The notes beneath the pieces were generated by a model that was not told where the DNA came from, did not search any database, and saw nothing but the letters and a program-made list of their open reading frames with translations. From Sporopachydermia quercuum (taxonomy: Eukaryota), in contig BCGN01000006.1 in NCBI GenBank assembly GCA_001599295.1, forward strand, positions 186,001-250,000: 64,000 nt of DNA, written 5' to 3'. Positions within the stretch are counted from its first letter, which is position 1; every line of letters starts with the position of its first letter. The position numbers were made by a program, and so were the translations under genes. Below are positions 46,136 to 59,501 of the stretch, piece by piece.

Positions 46136-49100
46136 ATTTCCTTTTTTTAATTTTGTTCTATCAACGTTCAAATGCAAGCAAATATATGTCCTGGTTTATA
46201 TTGATGAATTACGTCGTGTTGTGATGTATTGATGAGAGGTAGAAAAATTAACTAAGAATGAGTACAAATCAAAAAAATTTTGAACAATTGCGGATGTATG
46301 TTTATATTAGGATCTAGCCAGATTGATAATATAGTCAATTTTGCTGTTACTGTTGAAGGATACTATGTACTATCATCTTTCTAGTGAATTCATTACTCCT
46401 TCCACTCGGATGCTTATAAATGATTTCCTTCCACCAGTTAAGTTAACATTTTCACATTCCAATTAGAAATCATGTACTAACTATTCCTTTTTGGGCCTGT
46501 GTTCATCTCATTTACCAAAAGTTTAAATCTTGATAATGTTTCTTTTTCGGTTAGTACTGTNCAAATTTACACTCCTTTAACAAACCTTTAGGATTCAGGC
46601 ACCACGAGCAGAACTAATAGGGTTAGAAGTAAAGTAGGTTATTTGATGTTCCGTTTCATTTTCAGATAAATTTTCGTGCCGCGTTAAATGAAATAAGACT
46701 TTCCCGTTAAAAGAAAGATGTTATCGTAGATGGGAAGTTCTATTGAAGATTGATAAGCTATAGGTAGAGGGATCTTTATCAAGAATATACGAACCTGAAT
46801 ATCTATTTCTTGTTGGGAGACTTACTGTAATTCAAGGTCATTCAAAATGAGTCTGGTGGTGCCTAATATCACCTCCTGAAATCACTCTCCCTCGCTTTGT
46901 TTGATAGAGAATTGTATAGTCAAATACCTCGAATGACAAGAATAAGCAGGAGGTAAATAAAAGTATGCACTCCTTTGCAAGTAAAAATTACGGTTAGGAT
47001 GTGATGAACCTTACAATAAAGTTTCCGCTAAAACTTTTAAGGTTCAGGAAGAAAATCTTCTAGCTGATGTTCATTTCCAGATCTAAACAGTATTTTCAAT
47101 TAAAGTTCCATTTTCCTTTTGCTACCTCGATAAATAGAATTATAGTAGGGAATGCTTGATCTGAGACAGACACGATGAGGGAAGAAAACTAATGTGCAAG
47201 GGCCCTGTTACTTTTTCAAAAATAATATGAAGAGGATCAACTACAAAGTATCTCCGTTATGAACAAAAATTGATGCTGTATNTAGCGAAAGAGTATGTAC
47301 AAACAACCCCTTTTGTTGTCAGTGATCACATTTGAAAGTGATGGTCTTGGTTGCATAATTCCTATCAAAAAAGGGAGAAAAAGAAGCATATTGAAATTAA
47401 GCGACGACCAGCCAATTATCACACTTGAAATGGTAATTGAAATAGTACTAAAAAAGAACTAAAGTTAGAATGTTCTCTAAGTTCATATAATTAGATATAA
47501 AATGTTAACTGGAACAGTTCTAAAAGTTACTAATTGGAACGTAAATTCTCTTTGTCACAATTGAAACAGATCCAAGGAGTATGTATATCCAAGGACTATC
47601 CTCTAGATTACAGTATACTAAGTTTTACTCCATTTAATACCTGAAGTTTCATAACTCAAGTTTAGATCTTCGCTTTTACCATGAACAAAAAGTGAATTTA
47701 TAACAAACAAGTTATCATTTATTAATCAGCGGAAAAAAATAACGAAGCGAATAATATTTCCTGCTACATCTGGTGATAAACTATTTATTTACGGTTCTCT
47801 TAAAGGAGCCTATCGAACAATCTTTGTCTGACACCGTTCTCAACTGTGGTGGACTTGGATATGTTCCTTCCTACGAACTTCTTATTGTTAGAACATAATT
47901 ATTCATCGAGATTTGAGTTATCAAGCTCCTGTCCCCGTCTATTTCAAANCCTTTACAATAAATAATATGTAAAACCGTTGTAATTTAAAGTATGGTTAAA
48001 AATTAAAGTCAGCAGTTGCTTAAACTGCAAGCATATGCAACAGAAAAGACTTTACGATATTTACAAAACAGCTTAATTTCGGAAAGCTCTATAATAAAAC
48101 AGGATTAGCTAACACTATTATTTTCACTGAAGTATGTTTATATGAATTCTAAGTGCATTATGAAATATATTCTGAGGATGAGTACTTGGCAGAATTCCGA
48201 GTACTTTTTTGTCGCTCTTTTTCGTAAGATCCTTCACACCAGACAACTCGCACAAGGGATGCACAACCGAATGCAACATGGCCAAATGGATGGATTGATC
48301 ATTGAACAGAAGAGGAGAAAGGAGAAATATGCATAGCTGGTAAGATTTTTCAGTTCAGTTGAGTATATTTTTTATAGTGACTCAGCATTGTTAGTAATTT
48401 GAGTCAAGAGTCAATTGTAAATGGCTTCTCAATTGTTAGCTTCGAAATCCACGTTAGCAACTTCTTTACACACAGNTATTGAATTAGTTCACTACAGATT
48501 GAACTTCAAGATATTTCATATATATGACTCGATGTTCAAAAGCCCTGCCGAAGGTAGTAGTGCTTGAAAAATAAGATTTTCAATCGTTAGTATTTACAAT
48601 CTAATTNTAATNTTTTGATGACATCTCTCTATGTCTTTTGAAGTAGTCAAACATATTGATGTGTACAGTAACCGTTAGAGGCTTCTACCTATCTATTGTA
48701 CTTATATAAGAGTTCCAAACAAAAGTTGTATTAGGTTTGACGGCAGCTTTGCAAATGAGTATTCCAATTCGGAGAAAACTTGAAGCTGAATCCAAAGGAT
48801 ATGCGTATATGTCAAAAAATCATTGACTATTTGTTGATTAATATATCATTTATCTGTATTAGACACTGTTATGATAATAAATACTTCTCTGGTAGTCTCA
48901 TTATGTTCCATAGATGGCTATTCCATTGCGGCTATGGAAATAACCAAAAATACAATTTGGAAAGACAATAGTAAGACAATTCTTAAGGCTATCACATTTC
49001 TATATCTTGATGCTTCTCTCTCTCTAGGTAAATGACATAGAACGCGGATCCTGATAATCAGCTAGCGAGCAGCATCTTGTAAATTGTGCAGATGTCAACA

Positions 49101-50983
49101 AATCTGTTACACCACTTTGTAATTGCTACTTGAGTTTGAGATCAAGTCGTCATAACAATAATCTCTTAAATAATTTTAGCCACTTGTAGAACGTTTTACT
49201 CAGGCCAACACGAGGTAAAGCAATTGAGGATGCCTTGTTTAGTAAAGTTTTCTCCTTACAAGTTAGGTAGCAATCACCTACTAGGTATATAAAGATACTG
49301 AATATAATTGAAACCTCATAAAAGAACAGAAAAACAAAACGTCTCGTTCTCGCATAAGAAATCGAAAATTTTAGTAATAGCAAATTGTCATATCGTGTTT
49401 ATTCGCGACAAGAACCAATGACGTTCAATAGCTGTTCTAACAAGTACGCAAAAAATGCTCTTGTATGTAGCTGAAATTAAGAGCATGGCACTAGTTGATC
49501 AGCTGTTAAAGGGGATCAAATAAAGACTTAAAATACTCAACAGGTTGCATCAATTGAAAAAACAAACAAAACAGTGATTGTTGCGAAATCGCGAGGCATT
49601 GTCATATTGAATTATCCATGTTGAAGTTTCAATCTGTCAAAGTGCTTGCTGACCTCTTCTCGAGTCCCTGTTCATCGCTAAACTCAACTGACTGATCCAA
49701 CAGGGAGGCTCTCTCAAATGAACAGTCTTTCATTCAGAACTATGCCCTCATTAATTTTTGTTTTTCCACCTACAGCATAATCAAAACATACCATCGAGCA
49801 TGAGATCATCGCTACCCAGTTAATCAATTGACACTTCTCCCAGATATAGTCGGTCACNAATTCAAATGCTTTCTGAACCTACAAGCATAATGAATATTCT
49901 CGTAACTTATTCGAAACACTAGTAGATTACCATACCCGCAACTTTAGCAACAGCACCAAAGACATACTTTCGGAAGGTTTAGAATGAATAACCCTGTACA
50001 ACTATATTTGATATCTTTTCCGTTTTTTATTAAACCTCAGTTAATCTTGAATAAGTTAGACATTTCATCAATATGAGATATAATTAATATATAGGGTATA
50101 AGAATTCTGGCTAATAACATAATATAACTATTACTAATATAAATCTTAGATTAAATATTGCTTTATAATATATTCAATACTAATGACAATAGCAAAAGAT
50201 CTGATTTCTCTGATCATTTCCAAGCTGTCTAGTTTTCACGTGAAACCATTCTCTCCGGCTATTCCAAATAAAATAAACTTTTAAACGTTAAATGTAAACA
50301 CAATAATACAACTGTTGAATTGAATCACTCAATTCGATCACTGTTAAGTTGCCATTATATAGCAAACAAAGATATTGGTTTATCTGTAGCGCACGGTCTC
50401 CTATGTGATAGATATTTTATAAAACAATTGAATACTAAAATGCTCAAGTGTGCGCTGAAGTAGTTGAAGCATTCTCATATCCTTGCATTTATCGATATGA
50501 TCCATCAATAAGAATATATCGATTAATTTTATCGATAAATGCATAAGTATGCATTTCCTGCATAGAATAACTTTACATCCCCTGTTATTTGCTACAATAC
50601 TGAAACAAAGTCTCAACTTAAACTTTACAGAAATATAAACAACAAACAACAACAGAGATTAAGAAACATCTTAGGATGAAGGAGCTTGAATTTTTTAAAC
50701 AAAAAATTGTAGTAGATGAAAATCAGCATATACTGGCGAATATTAAGTTGACACAGGACTACTGGCAGAGCAATAGGTTGTTTGTTTTGGCCAGTTTGGT
50801 TTGTTTTCACAATAAGAGTTTGTTTTGATACTTTGTTCACACAGTAGTGTCGCAAAGCATTACTTGAACTGCATTGTCCGATTGAAGTACTGGCCTTTTC
50901 AGTGGAGAAGCGGTGAATACTGGAGTAGTTTGATTGAAAAAAAGGGAAGAATAGACAACAAAATCATCAATTGTTAGTCATCG

Positions 50984-53002
50984 ATGAGTATACTACAGCA
51001 ATCATCAGCAAATCGAGGATCTGCTCAGATCCTCATTTATCGAGACGAAAATCCATACTTTATGGATACAATGGCACAAAGCGATTATGAGAATGGTGAT
51101 TCATTTGCCAATTTCTTCACTTCTACCAAATTATCGAGCTTGGAAGAGCAGCATCTGAATATTCAAANGTCCCTCTATAGCAACAGAAAAAAGCTTGACA
51201 TAGACATCAATCCAAGAAGAAGATCTCTAGATATATCTAACTCTCCAGATCTAAAAAGTATATCACAGAAGATTGATCAGTTGACAAATGACTCATTTTC
51301 TGATCGTATATTCATAGCTTCTTTGTCAGTACTGCAAGATGTCAATTCCACCAGATTGCAGGATTTATCTGCAATGATTCTTTCAATGGCAGCTGAGCTA
51401 GATTCTCTGAAATCCACAGATGAGAATCAATATTCTGATAACAAGGACAAGAAGATCAACATCGATAATCCAAATGAGAAAACCGTAAAGAGAAAAGAAA
51501 ACAAGGAAAATCGTTTGAAATCGGAAAAAGGTTCAGTTGAAGTTGTTGGAGATAAGGAAAACAGATTCACTGGGAGCGGGAATGGGAATAAAAATGGAAA
51601 TGGAAATGGTAATGTGATTAACACTACCAGCAACAATAGCGCTGCTAGACCTCTAAAGGCTTCAAGCAATCATTTCAATATCCTGGTAGATGATAAGAGT
51701 AATAAAGCAAAAGAGAAGAAAGCAAAAGAGAAGAAAGCAAAAGAGAAGAAACCAAGAAAGAGATTTGGTAAGGGTGGCGCCAATAGTTTGGTTAAGCGAA
51801 TTGTTAATAGTATCGAGTATGGAATAGAGAATGGAATTGAAAGTGGTACCGAGATAATGATTGATACGGCTGTCGAGGAAGAGGGAGAGAATGTTGTAGA
51901 TGATGAAATTGTTGCTAAAGAAGTTAAGACAAAGGATGCAACTGCAGTTACTGAAAGTACTATTATTCAAGATGTGGACTCAACTGATTATTCAAATGTA
52001 GATCGTGATACTACTGTTTGTAGCTGTAGGAGTAACAGCAGTAATGTTGATATGGTTGATGAGCCAAAGGATGGATATGATGGAAATAACAGCCAGATGA
52101 AAGAGTCTACGAGCATTGAGATAGTGGTAAGTGTGGTTGAGAATTTGGAGGAGAGCAGCACAGAGAACAGAGNACTTGATACATCTAGTAATGCTACTAA
52201 GAAGGATGAGAATGATAAGCGTGACGAGCATAATGAGAGCAGAAAGAGTGAATTTGTTGATGTTCTCAATAGTAGCGAAAAAGATACTTTAGCAGTAGTG
52301 CTTGATACTAAGAATGATAAAGGTGAAAATCATGATGAAAGTGATGATAATATTAATAATTATGCAAGTAATAATGTTATTGAAGACAGTGCTAGCATCA
52401 ATAACGACAACAGCGTTAATAATATTATTCTCACTATACCCAGTGCGCCGATTGACAACATGATCAATGCTACAACTGCCAAAAGTGATTCTGACATTCC
52501 AACTGCTACTTTTACACACGAGAACACTGATTCTCCTGCGGCAACAGATATCAGCTTAAAGTCTCTTTCTGGAAATTCACAAGACACTTCTTCATTATCA
52601 ATTCCGCATTGCACTTCATCTAAGTTATCACTATCATCATCTCCATCAGCAACTGCTGCAAACCTCTCAGGATCGTCAACTGCAATAGCAGAACCAGACC
52701 GTCAAGACCTCACTGAACATCATGTGGAAGAACCAGTAAACAGGTCAACTGAAGACTCAACTGAAGAGTTGCTAGAACAACCGATGGAACAACCGGTGGT
52801 ACAACAGACAGAAATTTTGACTGAATCTCAGCCCGAATCAAAACCTGGGTCAGAATCTGAATCAAATGAAACGAATGTAACAACAGATGTGAGAACATTG
52901 AATGAAATTCCTTCAAGTATGTGGGGTACTCGTAAATGGGAATTTTTTGCCATAATGGCTGTCATAATAGCAATTCTGTCGATATTAATAATGATTAGAT
53001 AG
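50984..53002 (+). CDS. Hypothetical low-complexity protein with a C-terminal TM helix (tail-anchored-like)
   Basis: 672-aa open frame, S/N/E/D-rich, ending WEFFAIMAVIIAILSILIMIR. Confidence 0.7.
   Translation: MSILQQSSANRGSAQILIYRDENPYFMDTMAQSDYENGDSFANFFTSTKLSSLEEQHLNIQXSLYSNRKKLDIDINPRRRSLDISNSPDLKSISQKIDQLTNDSFSDRIFIASLSVLQDVNSTRLQDLSAMILSMAAELDSLKSTDENQYSDNKDKKINIDNPNEKTVKRKENKENRLKSEKGSVEVVGDKENRFTGSGNGNKNGNGNGNVINTTSNNSAARPLKASSNHFNILVDDKSNKAKEKKAKEKKAKEKKPRKRFGKGGANSLVKRIVNSIEYGIENGIESGTEIMIDTAVEEEGENVVDDEIVAKEVKTKDATAVTESTIIQDVDSTDYSNVDRDTTVCSCRSNSSNVDMVDEPKDGYDGNNSQMKESTSIEIVVSVVENLEESSTENRXLDTSSNATKKDENDKRDEHNESRKSEFVDVLNSSEKDTLAVVLDTKNDKGENHDESDDNINNYASNNVIEDSASINNDNSVNNIILTIPSAPIDNMINATTAKSDSDIPTATFTHENTDSPAATDISLKSLSGNSQDTSSLSIPHCTSSKLSLSSSPSATAANLSGSSTAIAEPDRQDLTEHHVEEPVNRSTEDSTEELLEQPMEQPVVQQTEILTESQPESKPGSESESNETNVTTDVRTLNEIPSSMWGTRKWEFFAIMAVIIAILSILIMIR
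51704..51748 (+). repeat. 15-bp coding tandem repeat x3 (KAKEK)
   Basis: AAAGCAAAAGAGAAG x3, perfect. Confidence 0.9.
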
Positions 53003-53347
53003 ATTATTGAATAACTAGATAATTAATGCATGTCGTATTATATTAACACTAATACTAACACTTATACTAATAACCTATACTTCTATCCAAATATAGTCAA
53101 TTATGGTATTGGGTATACAATTTATTTATATGAAAATCATATATAATCATCAATAAGCCTTCAAATGAGCTTTTGTTCATTTTACCATCTTCCCGTTTAT
53201 TGTTTCTTCGATTTCCTGTTCTGCATTCATTCCTCCTTATTACCAGCAATTCAGCGCTCCATATTCTCTCTCTTCCCCATTTCCCTGCTTTTTCTTTACC
53301 TTCGCTTCATCCTCTTTGTTCCATAATCTTCTCCTTCTTATTTGTCT

Positions 53348-54545
53348 TCAGTAATTGAAATAAGGATGCTGCAAAGCTCTAATAGCAGAAATTCTACCAA
53401 CAGGATCATATACTAGAAAGCTCTCTAACAAATCAACACCTGTTTCATCCAGTGTGGGCACATATTGACTCAAAGGCTTTCGAGACCATTTGGGGAAAGA
53501 TATCTTGAAATCGGGTAATAAATTAACATCAGGCCAAACCTCCTCATTAGGAGTACCAAGAATACGAAAGATTCTAAATATCTCATCGATTTCTGAATCA
53601 CCGGGGAATAAAGGCCTTCTATTAACCATCTCAGCGAAGATACAACCAATTGACCACATATCAACACCCGTACTATACTGCTTCCCACCTAAAAGGATTT
53701 CCGGTGCTCTATACCATAGAGTCACAACTTCATGAGTGTAAGCTCTAAGTGGCACGCCGAAACCTCTTGCTAAACCAAAATCACCTAGTTTCAGATTTCC
53801 TTCTTTATCGATTAATAAATTCTGAGGCTTCAAATCTCTATGCAAGATTCTATGAGCGTGACAGTATTTGGTGCCTTTCACTAACTGCATCAAAAACTTT
53901 TTGACCATATCAGCACCTAATCCTTCACCGGCAGGGATAGATTCCATATATTTTCTCAAATCAAGGTCAAGATATTCAAAGACAAGGTATAATTTATGAG
54001 AATCAGAATGTACAATGTTATATAAACGAACAATGTTATCATCGTTTAATTCCTTCAACAATGAGATTTCTCTTATAGCTGTAGAAGGAACTCCTTCGTC
54101 TTCTGATTCTAAACGGATTTTCTTTAAAGCTACTAAACGGTTACCATTTTTGGTGTCTAGAGCCTTATACACAACACCATAAGTTCCTGGTTGGTTAGTA
54201 TGTATGAATATACATTTGGATGATATGATAGGTACCAAGCATATGGTATAATGAATGGATCGTCAATGATTTGTTGTAGTTAAAGATATTATTATTGAAA
54301 TGCGCTGAATAAATATTCCAACAAATTGCTACTATTCTGGCCAATATTTTCTTCTATTTTTCTCCTTGAATGTTCATCTTGCATAACTGATCACCGACTA
54401 TCATAAATTAACAGTTCTCTCATCATATCAACAAGCCAAACGCCTTTAAAGNACACACGCTATTCTTCCTTTCATGATAACACTATTTCTTATACATACC
54501 TTCACCGATTTTCTCTAATCTGTGATAATCAGATAATTCAACCAT
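53348..54545 (-). CDS. CDC28: Cyclin-dependent kinase Cdk1, 2 exons, 294 aa
   Basis: Exon 1 54545-54500 ([16 protein letters not shown]); intron 54499-54187 GTATGT...TACTAAC-CAACCAG; exon 2 54186-53348. [37 protein letters not shown]. Confidence 0.97.
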
Positions 54546-56039
54546 AGTGACTAACAATACTAATCAGTTTCACGTTTTGACAGTCTTCTAGTTGGTTGTT
54601 CTCTTTACTGCTTTTCAATCTTTAATTTAACAATGAGCAGATTATTCAATCTCACTACTCGATCAATAGTCTATTTTTGATTATCAACTAATTCTGTTCA
54701 GCTTTCTACGAGTTCTTATCTATCTATTATATTGTGAACCGAAGCAACGTAAGACAATTTTTCCTGAGCGCCAGATGATCAAATCAAGTAACAACTGACA
54801 GCTCACTTAAATCAGATATTGATCGGTCGGTACGTCTAAAGGAAAAATACTATACCAGTAATACTAAAGTAATGCTAATAATAATATTCTTCAACAAAAT
54901 ATTCTGTTATATTTAAACGATTGACCAGTTTTTTTCAGCTAAGAGACACTTTACACCCTACAGTTCAAGTGCGTTTCTATCTCCAATCGTTAACAACCAT
55001 ACATAATAAGTAGTCGCAATGCATGATTGTAGGAAGGGCTATCCAAAAGTATGGAAGAAATAAAGTGTGTGTGTGTTCGTTGTGTTAGGAGAAAAGTAAA
55101 TAAACTAACTGAGGATGGTACGTTTGTTTATGCAGGAATGGGGATCATGCAGTTTTGTGCACTATATTGCAGGAAGAGAGGAATGGTGCATTAGGTATCT
55201 GAGAGTAAAAAATAGATTCAAAGAGAAACAAAAGTAGAATTTGGTGTTTTAAGTGGTTTTCAGAGGTTTTCACTAAAATTCGCAACGTAGATATATTGCG
55301 TTAGTTNCATAGTGCTTTGATCAGTCCTCAATTGTATTGACGTCGGTTGGAGAAGTTTGGAGCGTTAAGGTTAANGAGTGCATGTTATATGCATGAGTTA
55401 CATGTCTGATCAATCCCATTTGAACGCCAAACAACTTCAACTGCTTCAATACTNATGATTATTATGCTTATTTACGATGCATATAAATACATAATAGTAT
55501 AGATAATTTGCAAGTGAAGCTCTTATATCGGTTGAAAGAACACATTTACTAAGTTTGTTATTGCTCTCTAGGAAGATAGTGGACCCTTTCGAGGTGATCG
55601 TGTTGAGTTAAAGTTGAACACTTCCATTACACTACAAAATAAATACAACTTTAATTCGAGAAGAAACTGGACGCGTTTTTCGGTTTTATGCTAGAAACAA
55701 GTATTGAATTGAGTATTATGCGTTAAATTAACACCCTTTTATTTAGAAATGTTAAGTGATTAATATACATTAGCTGAATGAGGCGGGTAGTTGAGTCAGT
55801 AGAGTAGTGATGGTAGTAGCATCGACTATGCAGAATAAGTAGTAAGCCTTGGAAATCAGTGAGAAGGAATATCCAAGACAAAAGCTCATATTACATTGGA
55901 AACGCTCGTTATATTCATCCAGTCAGCTAGTTTGTCGAGTCTTCGACGAAATTATGATTCTTCTGTTTCAGACTACTTCACCAGCTTGAACCATACGAAT
56001 TGCATGTCTTGCAATGCACTAATCCGTCATTATAAATAA

Positions 56040-57727
56040 TTAATACTTTAAATCAGAATGCTGGGTAATCTTACCGTCTTTCCAATCCTTACCCTGCACT
56101 TTCAATCTACCTGCAGCAGGGAATTTAGCATCTTTAGTCAATTCAACCAAATCTTCCACAGCTACAAGTAACATTTTTTCGGCTTGCTTACCGAATACTT
56201 GCAAAAAGTGTCTAGCTCCAGAATCCCACCAGGAGCTCAAGACTGTGAACGTGGCATTGGTGATCAAACTAACATCAGTGTTTAATTGTCTAGATAGAAA
56301 CTCCCACGTACGTGAATAAGGGAAAAATTGCTGAGAACAGATATCCATTCGAACCATTGCACCCCAGAGCGAGCAAATGCCACCTATACGATCATTGTAA
56401 GTTGTTTCATCTTCCCATTTACCTTCATAGTTCTTTTTCCAACCCATTTTCTTTCTTCCTTCGTCTGTAGTAATTGAACAATTGTAGCCAATAATAAAAG
56501 GACATCGTTTCACTAGCCTCGACACTAGGAAATCATACAGCTCGTTTATCTTGATACACATGTGGCAAGTGAAATAAGCCAACGGCATCACTTTCTCAGG
56601 GGAAGATATAACCTCAGATTCAATTTGACTCACAACAGCCTTACTTAGAAATGTGAGACCCCATTTGAACGCCAGAAGGCTTGATGCCTTTGCTTCAAGC
56701 AACAACGATGATAAATGGTTCGCTTTTTCTTCTATTTGCCGTTTTGAGTTTGTTAGTTGTCCTACAATTTTACTTATTTCACCTCTCATTTTGAAACATT
56801 GACTCTTTGTTGGTTTATCCTTTTTCACAGCAGCAGTGACATTTGTTTTGATGTCAAGAATAAGATCCATACATTTCCGGTACTCTTCTTCAATGACAGT
56901 ATTGGTAACTCTGCCAGTTGTTAACGCAGCTTTAGAAGCAGCTTCTTCCTCTGCTTTCTTTTTCTCTATTGCTACTTGTTTCTTTTTCTCTGCTAATATT
57001 TCGGCCTCTAATCGTTTCCTTTCTATTTTCTCTTCTTCTGCTTTTTTCTTTAAAGCTTTTTGTCTTTTATTCTCCTCTTCAGCTTTCTGCTTCTCCAACG
57101 ACTCTTTCCTTCTTCTCTCTTCCTCCAGTTTCCTGCGTATTTCGGCCTCTTCTAGAGCTTTTCTACGTNCCTCTTCTTCCTCACGCATACGTTCTTCTTC
57201 CTGTATTATCACATTGGAAATAAAATGGCCCAAACTGGTTTTTCTATCTTGTATGTTTTCTATGATCTTGTGATATTCTTTTGTGTTGATATCATTACCA
57301 GTTCTAACTTTTGGTGAATCTATAGCTGATTCCTGTACACGTGTTTTCTTCAATTCGCTATTACTTCGTTGNTGACCGGGAGCAAAAAGCTCGTATGCAG
57401 AGATTGATCTTCTTTGCAGCTTTTTCTCTACTAGTCTATCATTGCTATAATGTTTTGTATCCTTTATCCCTTCAGCTAAATCAAATAATTTTTTCTTAGA
57501 TATAGGACTGTAGCCAGAAGATATGCTTACTGCANTAGTATGTTAGTATGGTGTGGATAGAAATAATTTGTTTGATTAGTATTCTGAAAAGTGTCATATC
57601 TGGAAGCTCTACTTCTATACATACAATCACTCAATTCTGCTAGGACAGTGTCTGAGGATAAGTCGGCAAATGAATCGTCAAATGCATCTTTAGAGATGTC
57701 ACTTGGTTGACATAAGCCATACCACAT
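56040..57727 (-). CDS. GLE1: mRNA export factor Gle1, 2 exons, 530 aa
   Basis: Exon 1 57727-57625; intron 57624-57530 GTATGT...TACTAAC...CAG; exon 2 57529-56040, in frame. E/K/R coiled coil then GQLTNS, KRCPFIIGY.C...T.EGR..MGWK, Y.DR.GGI. Confidence 0.88.
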
Positions 57728-57755
57728 AGTTTATAGACAATATAATTATGAGCAG

Positions 57756-57785
57756 GATATGATATGATAGGATAGGATAGGATAG
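57756..57785. repeat. Pentamer microsatellite (GATAT/GATAG)x6 upstream of GLE1
   Basis: gatat gatat gatag gatag gatag gatag. Confidence 0.8.
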
Positions 57786-58634
57786 TATATGATGGTATGA
57801 CAAACAAAGAATAGTAGTAGTATAGTAGGAAACAGAAAACAGATGTCTCTGATCGTATACAAACAAAATAACGAGAACACCTGCGGATTTATAGCAATTC
57901 AGCAGATCTCATACACGTTTATTCACATATATACTAATACAGGGCAGGGCTAATATTTCATACTAATGAATCCATTAAACAACAACTGAACCCCAATCAT
58001 TAATTGAATCCTTTCACTTACTCATCAAATCCATTCTTACTTCAACAGTACACAGTTTCAGTACTTGAAGAATGACATTGCATCTCTTCACAGAAACGTT
58101 TACGGCAGGTGACAAGTTAATGATTATAAAACGAATAATCTCGAGAACTCACCTTTTCGTGTTCACTTAATCATCCACAAGCAAGAAAGATTATTATCCA
58201 TGAAAATATTATTTCCGGGTAACTCAACTTTTCATTCACTTTCCTTCAATGAGCACCATTTTTCAACTGACTTTGACTGATCGAGAGACGGAGTAAAATG
58301 TCTNATCGATCAATGAACTGTGCGTATTCATTGGTGTTTGCTACTCGCTATTATTACATGTTTATTGCTCGTAGTGCTAGTAGCTGATGGTTGTTCTTAA
58401 CTGTAACTATATGTCTTGTGAAATAAGTATTGGGCACAAACACCTCACACCACAAGTGTCAGCAATCGCATATCAACCGTCTTTGTGAATGGTAACCAGG
58501 TAGTCATTTCTCTGCGCTAGGCAAGATCATACAAATAGCAACAGTGAGCGGTTTATTCATTCACTGGATCTTCGGGAATAAAAGTCAAACATCACTATTC
58601 TGCTTAACTGAACCCAGCCCAACTCACAGTCAGC

Positions 58635-59501
58635 ATGTTCACCGTTAGGCAATCCATAAGGAGCTTCTCTACAACTGGAGTCTCCTCGAAAGCCAAGATC
58701 TCAATAGTAAATCCTGTTCACCATAAAGTGAAAGTAGTGAAAGCAAATTTGTCTAATAGATTTCCAAACTTGAAGTATCCCACTAATGATATCAGATCTC
58801 CTAGATATAAACCTACAACTACATATGCTGATAGATTCGCTGATCATTATTCAAATACAATAGTTTCTGATCAATTACTGATTAACTATGTTCATGGAGA
58901 GCAAAAGAAAGAAGGCGCCAAGTTTAGAAGATGGAGCGGAGAATCTCCTTATCATGTTTTCCGTCCAGTAAAAAAGCCCAAGGGATATGAGAATGAACAA
59001 AAGGATGTTAATCCTCATACTTGGAAAAACATTGGAAAAATAACTGACGTTATTATAAACTGTTTTGTTCCTAAGGCATCTGAAGACTCGACTCTTCATA
59101 TTCATGCATTGGGCGTTTTGCAACAAATCACCAACGTCGGTCCTAAAGTGGTCTTCGCTAAAGAAAATATCGTGACTTGGAAAATGAGAAAAGGTATGAA
59201 GATGGGTGCTAAAGCTGAATTGAAAGGAAGAGATGCAAGTCAGTTTCTATTCACTTTAGCTGAAATTGTCCTTCCCAGAGTTCGTACCTACAAAGGCATC
59301 CCCAAATCATCTGGTGATACTAATGGTAATCTCTCTTTCCATGTTCCAAGAGAGGCCGTTTCATATTTCCCAGAGATTGAATACAATTTGGAAAATTTCC
59401 CTGAGAGATTTCCTTTGAACGTTACTGTACGAACAACGGCTCAAACAGACGAAGAAGCAAGGAGTTTGCTCAGTGCTTATGGATTCTTGTTTTCTTCATG
59501 A
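58635..59501 (+). CDS. MRPL7: Mitochondrial ribosomal protein uL5m
   Basis: Presequence, then W.G.SPYH..RP, LQQIT, WKMRKGMKMGAK..L.G, EIVLPRVR, SSGD.NGN.SF, FPEIE, TTAQTD.EAR.LLS. Confidence 0.9.
   Translation: MFTVRQSIRSFSTTGVSSKAKISIVNPVHHKVKVVKANLSNRFPNLKYPTNDIRSPRYKPTTTYADRFADHYSNTIVSDQLLINYVHGEQKKEGAKFRRWSGESPYHVFRPVKKPKGYENEQKDVNPHTWKNIGKITDVIINCFVPKASEDSTLHIHALGVLQQITNVGPKVVFAKENIVTWKMRKGMKMGAKAELKGRDASQFLFTLAEIVLPRVRTYKGIPKSSGDTNGNLSFHVPREAVSYFPEIEYNLENFPERFPLNVTVRTTAQTDEEARSLLSAYGFLFSS

Noticed and set aside
49560..49980. Short minus-strand frames with GTATGT-like donors
   Set aside because: No recognisable protein and no consistent exon chain.
49969..50245. Point-centromere-like arrangement (TCACGTG, AT-rich tract, TTCCGAA on the minus strand)
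   Set aside because: Spacer of about 260 bp is too long, CDEIII flanks do not match, and the lineage does not look like Saccharomycetaceae.
55671..55676. MCB element ACGCGT upstream of CDC28
   Set aside because: Single copy about 1.1 kb from the ATG; could be chance.
56836..57273. Antisense ORFs within GLE1 (and similar ones within other genes)
   Set aside because: Shadows of low-complexity or codon-biased sense genes.
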